Shown piece by piece: positions 20,676 through 28,837 of a DNA stretch of 53,318 bases; the first letter of the stretch is position 1; each line of letters opens with the position of its first letter. The notes beneath the pieces were generated by a model. The model was not told where the DNA came from, did no database searches, and worked only from the letters and a program-made list of their open reading frames with translations. The stretch is taken from IMG/VR virus record IMGVR_UViG_3300033463_000040, positions 1 through 53,318 of that record. One strand, written 5' to 3'. The position numbers and the translations under genes are program-made. This DNA comes from a virus (lineage: Duplodnaviria > Heunggongvirae > Uroviricota > Caudoviricetes).

Positions 20676-20832
20676 TTTTAATCTTCTTTTTAAGTAAATA
20701 ATAAATTAGAAATATTTATATACTATTTAATTAGAACAGTTTATTTTTAGAGAGATTAGAAAAAAATTAAAAAATTTATTTTACTTATTTAGATATTTTT
20801 TCTATTCTATATATTAGAAAAGAGAAAAAATC
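20676..20832. promoter_or_regulatory. Divergent promoter region between structural and metabolic blocks
   Basis: Strand switch; minus-strand GTTCTAATTAAAT (20737-20725); plus-strand TTTACT-N17-TATTCT (20780-20808) overlapping ATTCTATATATT. Confidence 0.55.
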
Positions 20833-21126
20833 ATGAATAAGTTTATTATGCTTAAAGAAATAAAAATAGCATATAATAAAAAAGATATGCTCTGGAATAT
20901 CCCAGAAGAAGGTGATTATTACTTAATAAATGTATCACAAATTATTTGGATTCATCCTATTTCAAATAAAGAAGCAGGCTATTCATACGTTGAATTAAGA
21001 TTTGAAGATGGTTCTCATTTGTGTGTTAAAAATTCAAAAGATGAAATTCTTGAAATGATGCTTTTAAAACCATGGTGGAAAAACCTAATCGATGGTATTA
21101 AATGGTTGTTTATAAAGAAAAAATAA
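20833..21126 (+). CDS. Hypothetical protein
   Basis: 97 aa ORF; YLINVSQIIWI...VELRFEDG. Confidence 0.55.
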   Translation: MNKFIMLKEIKIAYNKKDMLWNIPEEGDYYLINVSQIIWIHPISNKEAGYSYVELRFEDGSHLCVKNSKDEILEMMLLKPWWKNLIDGIKWLFIKKK

Positions 21127-21136
21127 AGGATAAAAA

Positions 21137-21652
21137 ATGACAAGTATAATGAGTACATATTGGCTTCGTGATGATATTAGAGATATGAAAGCTTGTACTA
21201 GATACATCTTATTTAGATGCTGTAAAAAAGTAAGAGAAACATATAAATTAGGTGAAGATATTGTGGGTTGGGAAAGTTCTGTACGCACAACTTATTTACC
21301 TATAGATTTTATGGATTTCAAATGGATAGTAGATCGTTGTAACTTTGAATTAGCTAAGAATTTTGGTACTGATTTGTTACCTAATAGTTTTTTGAGTTGG
21401 TATCAAGATAGTCATTTTGTACCTGAAAATTTTGATGATGACTTCACTTGTGATTATAAACGCCAAAAAAATGGTAAATTTAAAAAAGTACAATCTAATA
21501 ATGTAGAATCAGATTTTATTTCTGCAGCAGAAACTTGGGCAATGGACAAAATTATTCGTAGATGGAAGTTATATGGTAGATTCTATATAAAGTTAGATAA
21601 TCTTAAATGGAAAGTTAAAAACAAATTTAAAAGGAGTAAAATAAAATGGTAA
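21137..21652 (+). CDS. Hypothetical protein
   Basis: 171 aa ORF with AAGGA RBS. Confidence 0.6.
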   Translation: MTSIMSTYWLRDDIRDMKACTRYILFRCCKKVRETYKLGEDIVGWESSVRTTYLPIDFMDFKWIVDRCNFELAKNFGTDLLPNSFLSWYQDSHFVPENFDDDFTCDYKRQKNGKFKKVQSNNVESDFISAAETWAMDKIIRRWKLYGRFYIKLDNLKWKVKNKFKRSKIKW

Positions 21653-22743
21653 GAACTATTGGAACAGCTTCATATGGTTTAAGAGCACCTATTATCAAAC
21701 AAGGTGATGATTTAATTCAGATTGTAGTTGATACGGTTTTGAATTCTGGTTTAGAAATTAAAGATAGAGATGTATTAGGTATTACAGAATCTATCGTTGC
21801 TAGATGTCAAGGTAATTATGTTACTATTGATGAAGTAGCAGAAGAAGTTAGAAAAATTAGTGATAATGCGGATGTTATTATTATAGATAGACCAATTTAT
21901 TCCCGTAATCGTTTTGCTATGATTTTAAAAGCAATTGCTAGAGGAACTGGTAAAAAAGTAGTTATTATTATGCCACCAGTTGATGAAGTTGGCAATGTAA
22001 TAAGAAATCATCCTTTTACTAAATTAAATTATGATGAATATTATAAATCAATTGTAGAAGGCGAAGGTAAAGAGTGTGAAATTATTGATGATATAAAAAA
22101 TAAAGAATTACTTTCTATTTATAAAGAGAATCCATTTGTAATAGATGCTAGAATGTATTTTACAACGAGTAATGAAGAAGAAATAAAAGAATTGAAAAAT
22201 AATATCGGTGGTTATTGTACGTTAGCATATATTTGTAGAAATAAATGTGAATATGGTTTATATGGCTCTAATAAAGCATCTGAAGAAATGTTAAAACTAT
22301 TTCCAAGTGGTGAATATTCAAGAAATTTAGTTAGAGAAGTTCAACAAAGAATTAAAGATGCAACTGGAAAACTGATTGAGGTTATGATTTATGGAGATGG
22401 CTGTTTCAAAGATCCTGTTGGTGGAATTTGGGAATTTGCTGATCCAGTAGTAAGTCCTGCCTCAACTATGGGATTACAAGGTACTCCAAATGAAATTAAA
22501 ATTAAAAACTTTGCTGATGAAAAGTATAAAGATTTACATGGTGAAGAATTAAATACGGCTATCAAAGAAGAAATTAAAAATAAAAGTTCTAACTTGAAAG
22601 GCAATATGATGAGTCAAGGTACGACACCGCGTAGATATACTGATTTATTAGGTTCGTTAATGGATCTTACTTCAGGATCGGGTGATAAAGGGACACCGTT
22701 TATATATGTCCAAGGCTATTTTGACAATATGTCCAATGATTAA
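21646..22743 (+). CDS. CofE-family (F420-0:gamma-glutamyl ligase-like) protein
   Basis: GLRAPIIKQGDDL, DRDVLGITESIVARCQGNY, MIYGDGCFKDP, DLLGSLMDLTSGSGDKGTPFIYVQGY. Confidence 0.8.
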   Translation: MVRTIGTASYGLRAPIIKQGDDLIQIVVDTVLNSGLEIKDRDVLGITESIVARCQGNYVTIDEVAEEVRKISDNADVIIIDRPIYSRNRFAMILKAIARGTGKKVVIIMPPVDEVGNVIRNHPFTKLNYDEYYKSIVEGEGKECEIIDDIKNKELLSIYKENPFVIDARMYFTTSNEEEIKELKNNIGGYCTLAYICRNKCEYGLYGSNKASEEMLKLFPSGEYSRNLVREVQQRIKDATGKLIEVMIYGDGCFKDPVGGIWEFADPVVSPASTMGLQGTPNEIKIKNFADEKYKDLHGEELNTAIKEEIKNKSSNLKGNMMSQGTTPRRYTDLLGSLMDLTSGSGDKGTPFIYVQGYFDNMSND

Positions 22744-22748
22744 AAATT

Positions 22749-22777
22749 TTCCCCAGTTAATTCTGGGGAATTTTTTT
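22749..22777 (+). terminator. Intrinsic terminator
   Basis: TTCCCCAG-TTAATT-CTGGGGAA followed by T7. Confidence 0.8.
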
Positions 22778-22845
22778 ATAAACAGAAAATTTTTCTAATT
22801 TTTATTTTACTAATGTTTAATTCTATAGTATGATAAGGAAAGAAA

Positions 22846-23055
22846 ATGAATACGGTAGTAGATCAGCTTAAAGGATATATAGCATTACCAATACAAGCAA
22901 CAAATAAAGCAGGATGGATAGTAAATTTTAATGATAATGGAAAATGGAGACCAATCGATTTTAATTTGCAAGAAGATGCTTGGAGTTATTTTTATAGTAA
23001 ATTAAATGAATTAAAAGCAAAGTTTTTAGGTCAACCATTGCAAACACAGAAATAA
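22846..23055 (+). CDS. Hypothetical protein
   Basis: 69 aa with AAGGA RBS, after ATTCTATAGTAT promoter-like motif at 22820. Confidence 0.55.
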   Translation: MNTVVDQLKGYIALPIQATNKAGWIVNFNDNGKWRPIDFNLQEDAWSYFYSKLNELKAKFLGQPLQTQK

Positions 23056-23056
23056 T

Positions 23057-23133
23057 GCTCCCTTAGCTCAATCGGATAGAGCATCAGATTTCTAATCTGC
23101 AGGTTGGGGATTCGAATTCCTCAGGGAGTGCCA
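23057..23133 (+). tRNA. tRNA-Arg (anticodon TCT)
   Basis: Acceptor GCTCCCT/AGGGAGT plus G-CCA; D arm GCTC/GAGC; anticodon loop TT-TCT-AA; T loop TTCGAAT. Confidence 0.92.
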
Positions 23134-23155
23134 ATTCTCTAAAAAGGAGTAATTA

Positions 23156-24481
23156 ATGATAGACAAAACATTAAATCAAATTGTTAATAAAGAAAAAGAT
23201 AAATTAAATAGTGAATTAGTACTTATTGCATCTGAGAATTATCCATCTCAAGATATATTAGATTTAATGGGTTCTGCTTGTTCTGTACCTTATACAGAAG
23301 GTTATCCTTTATCTGTATCTAAACAAGGTCGTCATTATGCTGGTTGTGAAGTTATTGATGAATTAGAAGAATATTGTATTGTTAAAGCATGTGAATTGTT
23401 TAGAGTTAAATTTGCTAATGTACAACCAATGTCTGGATCACATGCTAATACTTGTGTATATTATGCTTTTTGTAAACCAGGAGATCGTACCTTATCAGGT
23501 AATCTTAATGAATTAGCGCATTTAACTCATGGAAGTAAATTTACACATTCTGGTCGTTTTTATGAAAATCATAACTATGAATTAATTAATGAAAGAATTG
23601 ATTATGATGAAATAAAATCTAAATTATATGATGTATGCCCAAGATTGTTAATTATGGGCTATTCTGCATATTCAAAAAAGATTGATTTTCAAAAAGTACG
23701 TGAAATAGTTGATGAATATAATAAAGAATTATTATTAAACATTAAGCATTGTATGGGATTTCCACCAGAAGAAGAAGAAAAAGAGTATGAATCTAAAAAA
23801 TGTATTCTTTGGACTGACATGGCTCATTTTAGTGGATTTATTGCTGCTCATGTATGGGAAGATAAATATGATCCAACACAATGGTCAGATGTGGTAACTA
23901 CAACTACTCATAAAACTTTAAGAGGCCCGCGTTCTGCAATTATTTTATGGAATAATCCAGATTATTGTAAGAAAATTAATCAAGCCGTATTTCCAGCTAA
24001 TGCAGGTGGTACTAATCAAGCAGCAGTAGCAGCCAAAGCTCAAGCGTTTATTGAAGCATTACAGCCTGAATTTAAAGATTATATTAATCAAGTACATACT
24101 AATATAAAAGCATTAGTTAAAGGTATTGAAGAAGAAGATACTGAACATAAATTACGTTTTGTTAGTGGTGCTGATACTGAAAATCACATGATATTACTCG
24201 ATGTTAAAGGTGCAGGAATTACAGGTAAAGAAGCTGAAGATTTATTGACAGCAAACCATATTATTTGTAATAAAAATATGATTACCGGAGATACTAAACC
24301 TTCAGAATGTACAGGTATTAGATTAGGTACACCTGCTATTACAACTCGTGGTTTTACTGAAGAAATGAGTAATACCCTAGGTAAAGTAATTGCTAGTATT
24401 TTATTAAAACAAGGTGATCAGCAAGAAATTACATCTGTTATTGTATCATTATTAAATGAAGTCGGTGAATTTTATAAATAA
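23156..24481 (+). CDS. glyA: Serine hydroxymethyltransferase
   Basis: LIASEN, EGYP...HYAGCE, ANVQPMSGSHAN, HLTHG, DMAHFSG, TTTTHKTLRGPR (PLP Lys), GIRLGTPAITTRG. Confidence 0.95.
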   Translation: MIDKTLNQIVNKEKDKLNSELVLIASENYPSQDILDLMGSACSVPYTEGYPLSVSKQGRHYAGCEVIDELEEYCIVKACELFRVKFANVQPMSGSHANTCVYYAFCKPGDRTLSGNLNELAHLTHGSKFTHSGRFYENHNYELINERIDYDEIKSKLYDVCPRLLIMGYSAYSKKIDFQKVREIVDEYNKELLLNIKHCMGFPPEEEEKEYESKKCILWTDMAHFSGFIAAHVWEDKYDPTQWSDVVTTTTHKTLRGPRSAIILWNNPDYCKKINQAVFPANAGGTNQAAVAAKAQAFIEALQPEFKDYINQVHTNIKALVKGIEEEDTEHKLRFVSGADTENHMILLDVKGAGITGKEAEDLLTANHIICNKNMITGDTKPSECTGIRLGTPAITTRGFTEEMSNTLGKVIASILLKQGDQQEITSVIVSLLNEVGEFYK

Positions 24482-24485
24482 CTGC

Positions 24486-24514
24486 TTTACATTGTATTAA
24501 AATACATATATAAT
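24486..24514 (+). promoter_or_regulatory. Sigma70-type promoter
   Basis: (GC)TTTACA-N17-TATAAT upstream of clpP. Confidence 0.7.
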
Positions 24515-24548
24515 TAATATAAATTAACTTAAATTAAGGAGTTTATAT

Positions 24549-25136
24549 ATGTTAGGTATACCTGGTGTTGTTTGGACAGATTCCAAGGGTAATGATAGTT
24601 TTATTAATTTAGCTACTCGTTTGGCTAAAGATCGTATTATTATTCTTCAAGGTGAAATTGAAGATGAGATGGCTATGGAAATAGTAGCACAATTACGTTA
24701 TTTGGAATCAGAAGATAAAGAAAAACCAATTAAAATGTTAATCCAAAGTCCCGGTGGTTCAGTTTCGGCCGGTTGGTCAATTATTGATACAATGAATGAT
24801 ATTAAATGTCCAATATCTACTATTGTACAGGGTGATGTTGCTAGTATGGCTACTGTAATTGCAGTATCTGGAGAAAAAGGTATGCGTTATGCTTTACCAC
24901 ATGCTAAAATTATGTTACATACAGTAGCAAGTCAAGCACAAGGTAAAGTTCAAGATATGGAAATTTATATGAATCAAGCTAAACAAACCAATGAAGAAAT
25001 CTTTGAATATTTATCTAAAAGATTAGATCAACCTATAGATAAATTAAAGAAGGATTGTGATAGAGATTATTGGTTAACTGCCACTGAATGGAAAAAATAT
25101 GGTGGTTGTGATGAAGTTAAAAAAGTTAAAAAATAA
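24549..25136 (+). CDS. clpP: ATP-dependent Clp protease proteolytic subunit
   Basis: RLAKDRIIILQGEI, IQSPGGSV, VASMA (Ser), MLHTV (His), DRDYW (Asp). Confidence 0.92.
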   Translation: MLGIPGVVWTDSKGNDSFINLATRLAKDRIIILQGEIEDEMAMEIVAQLRYLESEDKEKPIKMLIQSPGGSVSAGWSIIDTMNDIKCPISTIVQGDVASMATVIAVSGEKGMRYALPHAKIMLHTVASQAQGKVQDMEIYMNQAKQTNEEIFEYLSKRLDQPIDKLKKDCDRDYWLTATEWKKYGGCDEVKKVKK

Positions 25137-25160
25137 AAAATTGTTTGTTCTTGTTGTCTG

Positions 25161-25185
25161 AGAGCCTATTTATTAGGCTCTTTTT
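25161..25185 (+). terminator. Intrinsic terminator
   Basis: AGAGCCTA-TTTAT-TAGGCTCT followed by a T run. Confidence 0.75.
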
Positions 25186-25263
25186 ATTTTGGAATTGGAA
25201 AAAAACGTCTGTATCTTTTATTAAAAAAGTTATATAATTTTTTAATGAAGGAGTAAAAGTATT

Positions 25264-26499
25264 ATGGAAGATGAAGTATTATATCTAGATTATGCAGCAA
25301 CTGCACCTGTTTCTAATATTGTTAGTAGAAATTATTATGATGCTATAAATATTTTTGGTAATCCTGCTTCTTTTCATAAAGAAGGTGAAAAAGCATATCA
25401 AGCAATAGAAAAGAGTAAATTAAATATTTTACAATGTTTAAATCATAATGAAGATTGGAATATTTTATTTACTTCTGGTGCAACAGAATCGATTAATACC
25501 ATTTTTTATTCTTTTAATCCTGAACTAATTATTACAACAGATCTTGAACATCATGCAGTTAAAGCCGCTTCTAGTGCTTGTGTTGTTAGTAATGGTATTA
25601 CTCGTTGGATTCAAATTAATTTATTTGATATTATTACAAATACACCAACATATTTAGATGGTATACTTATTTCTTATACACGTATTTTAATATCTATTAT
25701 TGCAGTAAATAATGAAACAGGTCTAATTATTCCAGTAGATAAAGTACTATCAGCAAAAGAATACGTTCATTCTAAATTTCCAGATGCTGAAATTGTTGTA
25801 CATTTAGATTTTACTCAAGGCTTTTGTAAAATTCCTTATGATATGACAGATATTGATTGCTATTCATTTTCTGCTCATAAAATTGGATTTTTTAAAAGTT
25901 TCGGTGGATTAATTTATAAAAAAGGAATAGTAGAGAAGTATATTCAAAAAAATCCATTGATTAAAGGTGGTATGCAACAAAATGGATTAAGATCGGGTAC
26001 AGAAAATCCAACATTTGTATATTTATTAAATAAACTTATTGAAGATCATATGAATAACCTTAATAATAATTATACTAAAGCTCAAATTATTAAAACCGCT
26101 TTTTATCAAATTATTCCAGAAATAGTAAATAAATATAATAAAGCAGTAGAATTATTATTTACTTCTAAAAATACAGATGAATATTCGCCTTATATTATTA
26201 ATTTTTCAATTTTAGGTATTGAAGGTGAAAGTTTAGTTAGTGCTTTAGGTAATAAAATATGTATTTCAACTGGAAGTGCATGTAGCGAAGAAAACTTATC
26301 GGGAAGTGAAGTAATTAAGAATTATTATAAAAATTTAGGTGTACAAAGTGAAGATATTTTAGATACTTATGCAAATAGTGCAGTTCGTATTTCTTATGAT
26401 AGTTCTTTAACTATAAATCAAATTGTAGAAGATTTTCAGCCTACTTTTGATGAAGCGGTAAAAAATTTAGCAAAAGCAAGTACTTATAAAAAGGATTAA
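25264..26499 (+). CDS. iscS: Cysteine desulfurase (IscS/NifS family)
   Basis: YLDYAATAP, GNPAS, FTSGATES, VNNETG, HLDFTQ, SFSAHK, LRSGTEN, STGSAC. Confidence 0.9.
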   Translation: MEDEVLYLDYAATAPVSNIVSRNYYDAINIFGNPASFHKEGEKAYQAIEKSKLNILQCLNHNEDWNILFTSGATESINTIFYSFNPELIITTDLEHHAVKAASSACVVSNGITRWIQINLFDIITNTPTYLDGILISYTRILISIIAVNNETGLIIPVDKVLSAKEYVHSKFPDAEIVVHLDFTQGFCKIPYDMTDIDCYSFSAHKIGFFKSFGGLIYKKGIVEKYIQKNPLIKGGMQQNGLRSGTENPTFVYLLNKLIEDHMNNLNNNYTKAQIIKTAFYQIIPEIVNKYNKAVELLFTSKNTDEYSPYIINFSILGIEGESLVSALGNKICISTGSACSEENLSGSEVIKNYYKNLGVQSEDILDTYANSAVRISYDSSLTINQIVEDFQPTFDEAVKNLAKASTYKKD

Positions 26500-26501
26500 A
26501 A

Positions 26502-26990
26502 ATGGAAAGTTGTTCTGGAAATTGTAATACTTGTACAGTTGATCATTCTTTGGATCAAATAAGTAACAGAGGTCATGGTATTTCTTATTCATCTTTGGCT
26601 ATTCAATACGCACAAGATGGTAAGTATTTGAATAGAGATGATAATTTAAATTTAATATTACAAGAAGATAATGTATCAGTTTTTGAAGGAGCCTTTGGAG
26701 GACCTGCTTGTGGTGATATTGTAAATTTATGGGTAAAATTAGATACTAATCATAATACTATATTAGATGCTAAATTTTTATCTACGGGTTGTTATGGTTC
26801 ATTATCAAGTACTTCTTATGGCTGTGAACAAATAATTGGAAAAAATTTATTTGATATTAATACACAAGAATTAACTAAAAATATTATGGAAACCTTAGAC
26901 TTACCTAAAATAAAAGCACATTGTAGTGTGTTTATTGGGCAGTGTTTAGAAGAAATTCGTGAAAAAGTTAATAAAATAATTAAATTCTAA
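26502..26990 (+). CDS. iscU: Fe-S scaffold (IscU/NifU-N family) with Cys-rich N-terminal extension
   Basis: GPACGDIV, GC, KAHCS ligands; extra N-terminal CSGNCNTC. Confidence 0.85.
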   Translation: MESCSGNCNTCTVDHSLDQISNRGHGISYSSLAIQYAQDGKYLNRDDNLNLILQEDNVSVFEGAFGGPACGDIVNLWVKLDTNHNTILDAKFLSTGCYGSLSSTSYGCEQIIGKNLFDINTQELTKNIMETLDLPKIKAHCSVFIGQCLEEIREKVNKIIKF

Positions 26991-27019
26991 TATATATGAA
27001 ATTTAAATAGGAGTAATAC

Positions 27020-28210
27020 ATGGCTAAAGTTGAAAAAACTCAATTAGATAAAGACATGGCAGCTGCTTTGGCATTGATTCATAAACAATTTGGTGAAGAT
27101 TCAATGTTAACTTTTGATGACACTACAGCAATTAAGAAAATTGATACAGTTTCTACTGGTTCATTAAATCTTGATGTTGCTTTAGGAGTTGGTGGTTTAC
27201 CTATGGGAAGAATTAATACAATTTATGGTGAATCATCATCTGGTAAATCTACTATTGCATTACAATTAGTAGCAAATGCTCAAAAACAAGGATATTTATG
27301 TGCATATTTAGATTCAGAACACGCGGTTGATCTTGGATATGCTCAAGCTTTAGGTGTAGATTTGAAGCACTTATTATTTGCTCAACCAAATGATGGTGTA
27401 GAATGTTTTCAAATGGCTGAAGCTTTATTAAAACAAAAGTTAGTTAAAGTTATTGTATTTGACTCTGTTTCTACTATGATTTCAATGCAAGAGCGTGAAG
27501 GTGAAATGGGTGATAACTTTATTGGTAGACAAGCTAAAATGATGTCTGATGGTTTAAAACGTATTACTCCATTGGCTTATGATGCTGGTTGTATGTGTTT
27601 CTTTATTTCACAGACTCGTAAGAATATTGGTGTTATGTATGGTGATACTGATGTTATGTCAGGTGGTGAAGCATTAAAATTCTATAGTACTGTTATTATG
27701 AAAATCTGGAAAAAGCAATCACCTACTACAGAAAAGATTAATGGTGAAGAAGTCGCTACATCTGTTGAAACTACAGTTAAAGTTGTGAAAAATAAAGTTG
27801 CTCCTCCTTTCCGTACGGCTAAATTTATTATTAGATATGGTAAAGGTGTATCTCAAGAAGAAGAAGTATTTGATCTTGCTGTAAAATTTGGTATTTTAGA
27901 AAAAGCAGGTGCATGGGTACGCTATAAAGGTGAAAACATTGCTCAAGGTAAAGAAAAAGCTATGATTTGGTTAAAAGAAGATCCAGATCGTATGCAACAT
28001 TTTAAAGAAACCGTATTATCATATGTAACTGGTAAAAATGTAGAAATGAACGGTGAAGTAGAAGATGATACAGAAGTTACTACAGACGAGCACGGTGTAG
28101 ATCTTGAAGCTATTTATAATTCAGAAGATCCTTATAAAGAAGCTGTTAAGCAATTCGGTTTGGAAGATCAAATTGTAGAAACGGAAAATTCTTCATCCGA
28201 AAATGAATAA
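27020..28210 (+). CDS. recA: Recombinase A
   Basis: STGSLNLDVALGVGGLPMGR, GESSSGKS, LDSEHA, VFDSV, GGEALKFYS, KVVKNKVAPPFR; acidic C-tail. Confidence 0.97.
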   Translation: MAKVEKTQLDKDMAAALALIHKQFGEDSMLTFDDTTAIKKIDTVSTGSLNLDVALGVGGLPMGRINTIYGESSSGKSTIALQLVANAQKQGYLCAYLDSEHAVDLGYAQALGVDLKHLLFAQPNDGVECFQMAEALLKQKLVKVIVFDSVSTMISMQEREGEMGDNFIGRQAKMMSDGLKRITPLAYDAGCMCFFISQTRKNIGVMYGDTDVMSGGEALKFYSTVIMKIWKKQSPTTEKINGEEVATSVETTVKVVKNKVAPPFRTAKFIIRYGKGVSQEEEVFDLAVKFGILEKAGAWVRYKGENIAQGKEKAMIWLKEDPDRMQHFKETVLSYVTGKNVEMNGEVEDDTEVTTDEHGVDLEAIYNSEDPYKEAVKQFGLEDQIVETENSSSENE

Positions 28211-28230
28211 ATTATGTTATTCTATAATTA
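28183..28230 (+). promoter_or_regulatory. Bipartite phage promoter GGAAA...TTCTA
   Basis: GGAAAATT at 28183 and ATTCTATAATTA at 28219; same spacing as at four other sites. Confidence 0.5.
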
Positions 28231-28257
28231 TGTGTAACATTAAAAAAGGAGTACGAA

Positions 28258-28497
28258 ATGGCATGGTCTATTAAATACACAAAATTGAATCGTCGTGGTT
28301 GTGATATTATATTACCCACTAAAGTTTATAATCAATTAAAAGAAAATAATATAAGTGTAAGTATTACAAATCAAGGCAGTGTTCAATTGTTTAATACAAA
28401 AAATCATAAATATATGGGTACTTTAAAATCATACATGGGTGCTACTAGTTTTAAAAATGGTAATCCTTGTGATTTTCATGTATCTAATTTGATTTAA
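28258..28497 (+). CDS. Hypothetical protein
   Basis: 79 aa with AAGGAG RBS. Confidence 0.6.
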   Translation: MAWSIKYTKLNRRGCDIILPTKVYNQLKENNISVSITNQGSVQLFNTKNHKYMGTLKSYMGATSFKNGNPCDFHVSNLI

Positions 28498-28751
28498 TGG
28501 AGGAAAATATTATGACAGTTGAAGTAGATAAAGCTCGCTTATTACAATATGTTGAACGAATTGAAGTATATAACGATACAATTACTGATGCTAATGCTAG
28601 TAAAAAGGCAATTTATGAAGAAGCAAAAGCAGAAGGTTTTGCTAAAAAAGGTATTGATTATGTAGTTCGTCAGCGCAAAAAAGATCGTGATCAAATCGCT
28701 GAAGAAAAAGAATTGTTTAACGCATATTCTAAAGCAGCAGGCTTAGACTAG
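28497..28751 (+). CDS. GapR / T4 DsbA-like (DUF2312) dsDNA-binding protein
   Basis: RLLQYVERIE...KKAIYEEAKAEGF...VVRQRKKDRDQIAEEKELFNAY..AAGL follows the DUF2312 pattern. Confidence 0.75.
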   Translation: MEENIMTVEVDKARLLQYVERIEVYNDTITDANASKKAIYEEAKAEGFAKKGIDYVVRQRKKDRDQIAEEKELFNAYSKAAGLD

Positions 28752-28755
28752 AGAG

Positions 28756-28819
28756 TTAGATTAGGGTAGAGTATAAGGTTTTTTAATCCATTATTTTCCT
28801 TATATTCTATCCTAGCTAA
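28756..28819 (+). promoter_or_regulatory. Long RNA hairpin just upstream of the polymerase RBS
   Basis: TAGGGTAGAGTATAAGG (28762-28778) pairs with CCTTATATTCTATCCTA (28798-28814): 17 bp with two G-U pairs, extendable to about 22 bp; GGAGG at 28828. Confidence 0.65.
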
Positions 28820-28837
28820 AAGTATTTGGAGGAACAA

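Noticed and set aside
1277-22604. Short track ORFs 1277-1561, 3641-3868, 6536-6763, 11157-11375, 12516-12806, 13329-13559, 13758-14036, 16464-16697, 17981-18169, 19719-19955, 19732-19914, 21085-21288, 22389-22604
   Set aside because: They lie antisense to, or out of frame within, longer well-supported genes, with no RBS or protein motif that I could see
25191-25240. GGAATTGGAAA...GTTATATAAT upstream of iscS as a further bipartite promoter
   Set aside because: The core deviates (TTATA) and the spacing is 33 or 39 rather than 36-37, so it is left uncalled
21646-28210. Possibility that the glyA-clpP-iscS-iscU-recA block is host chromosome
   Set aside because: It shares the phage promoter motif, composition and packing with flanking phage genes, the proteins are divergent, and no integrase or att-like junction is visible; read-level confirmation is still advisable
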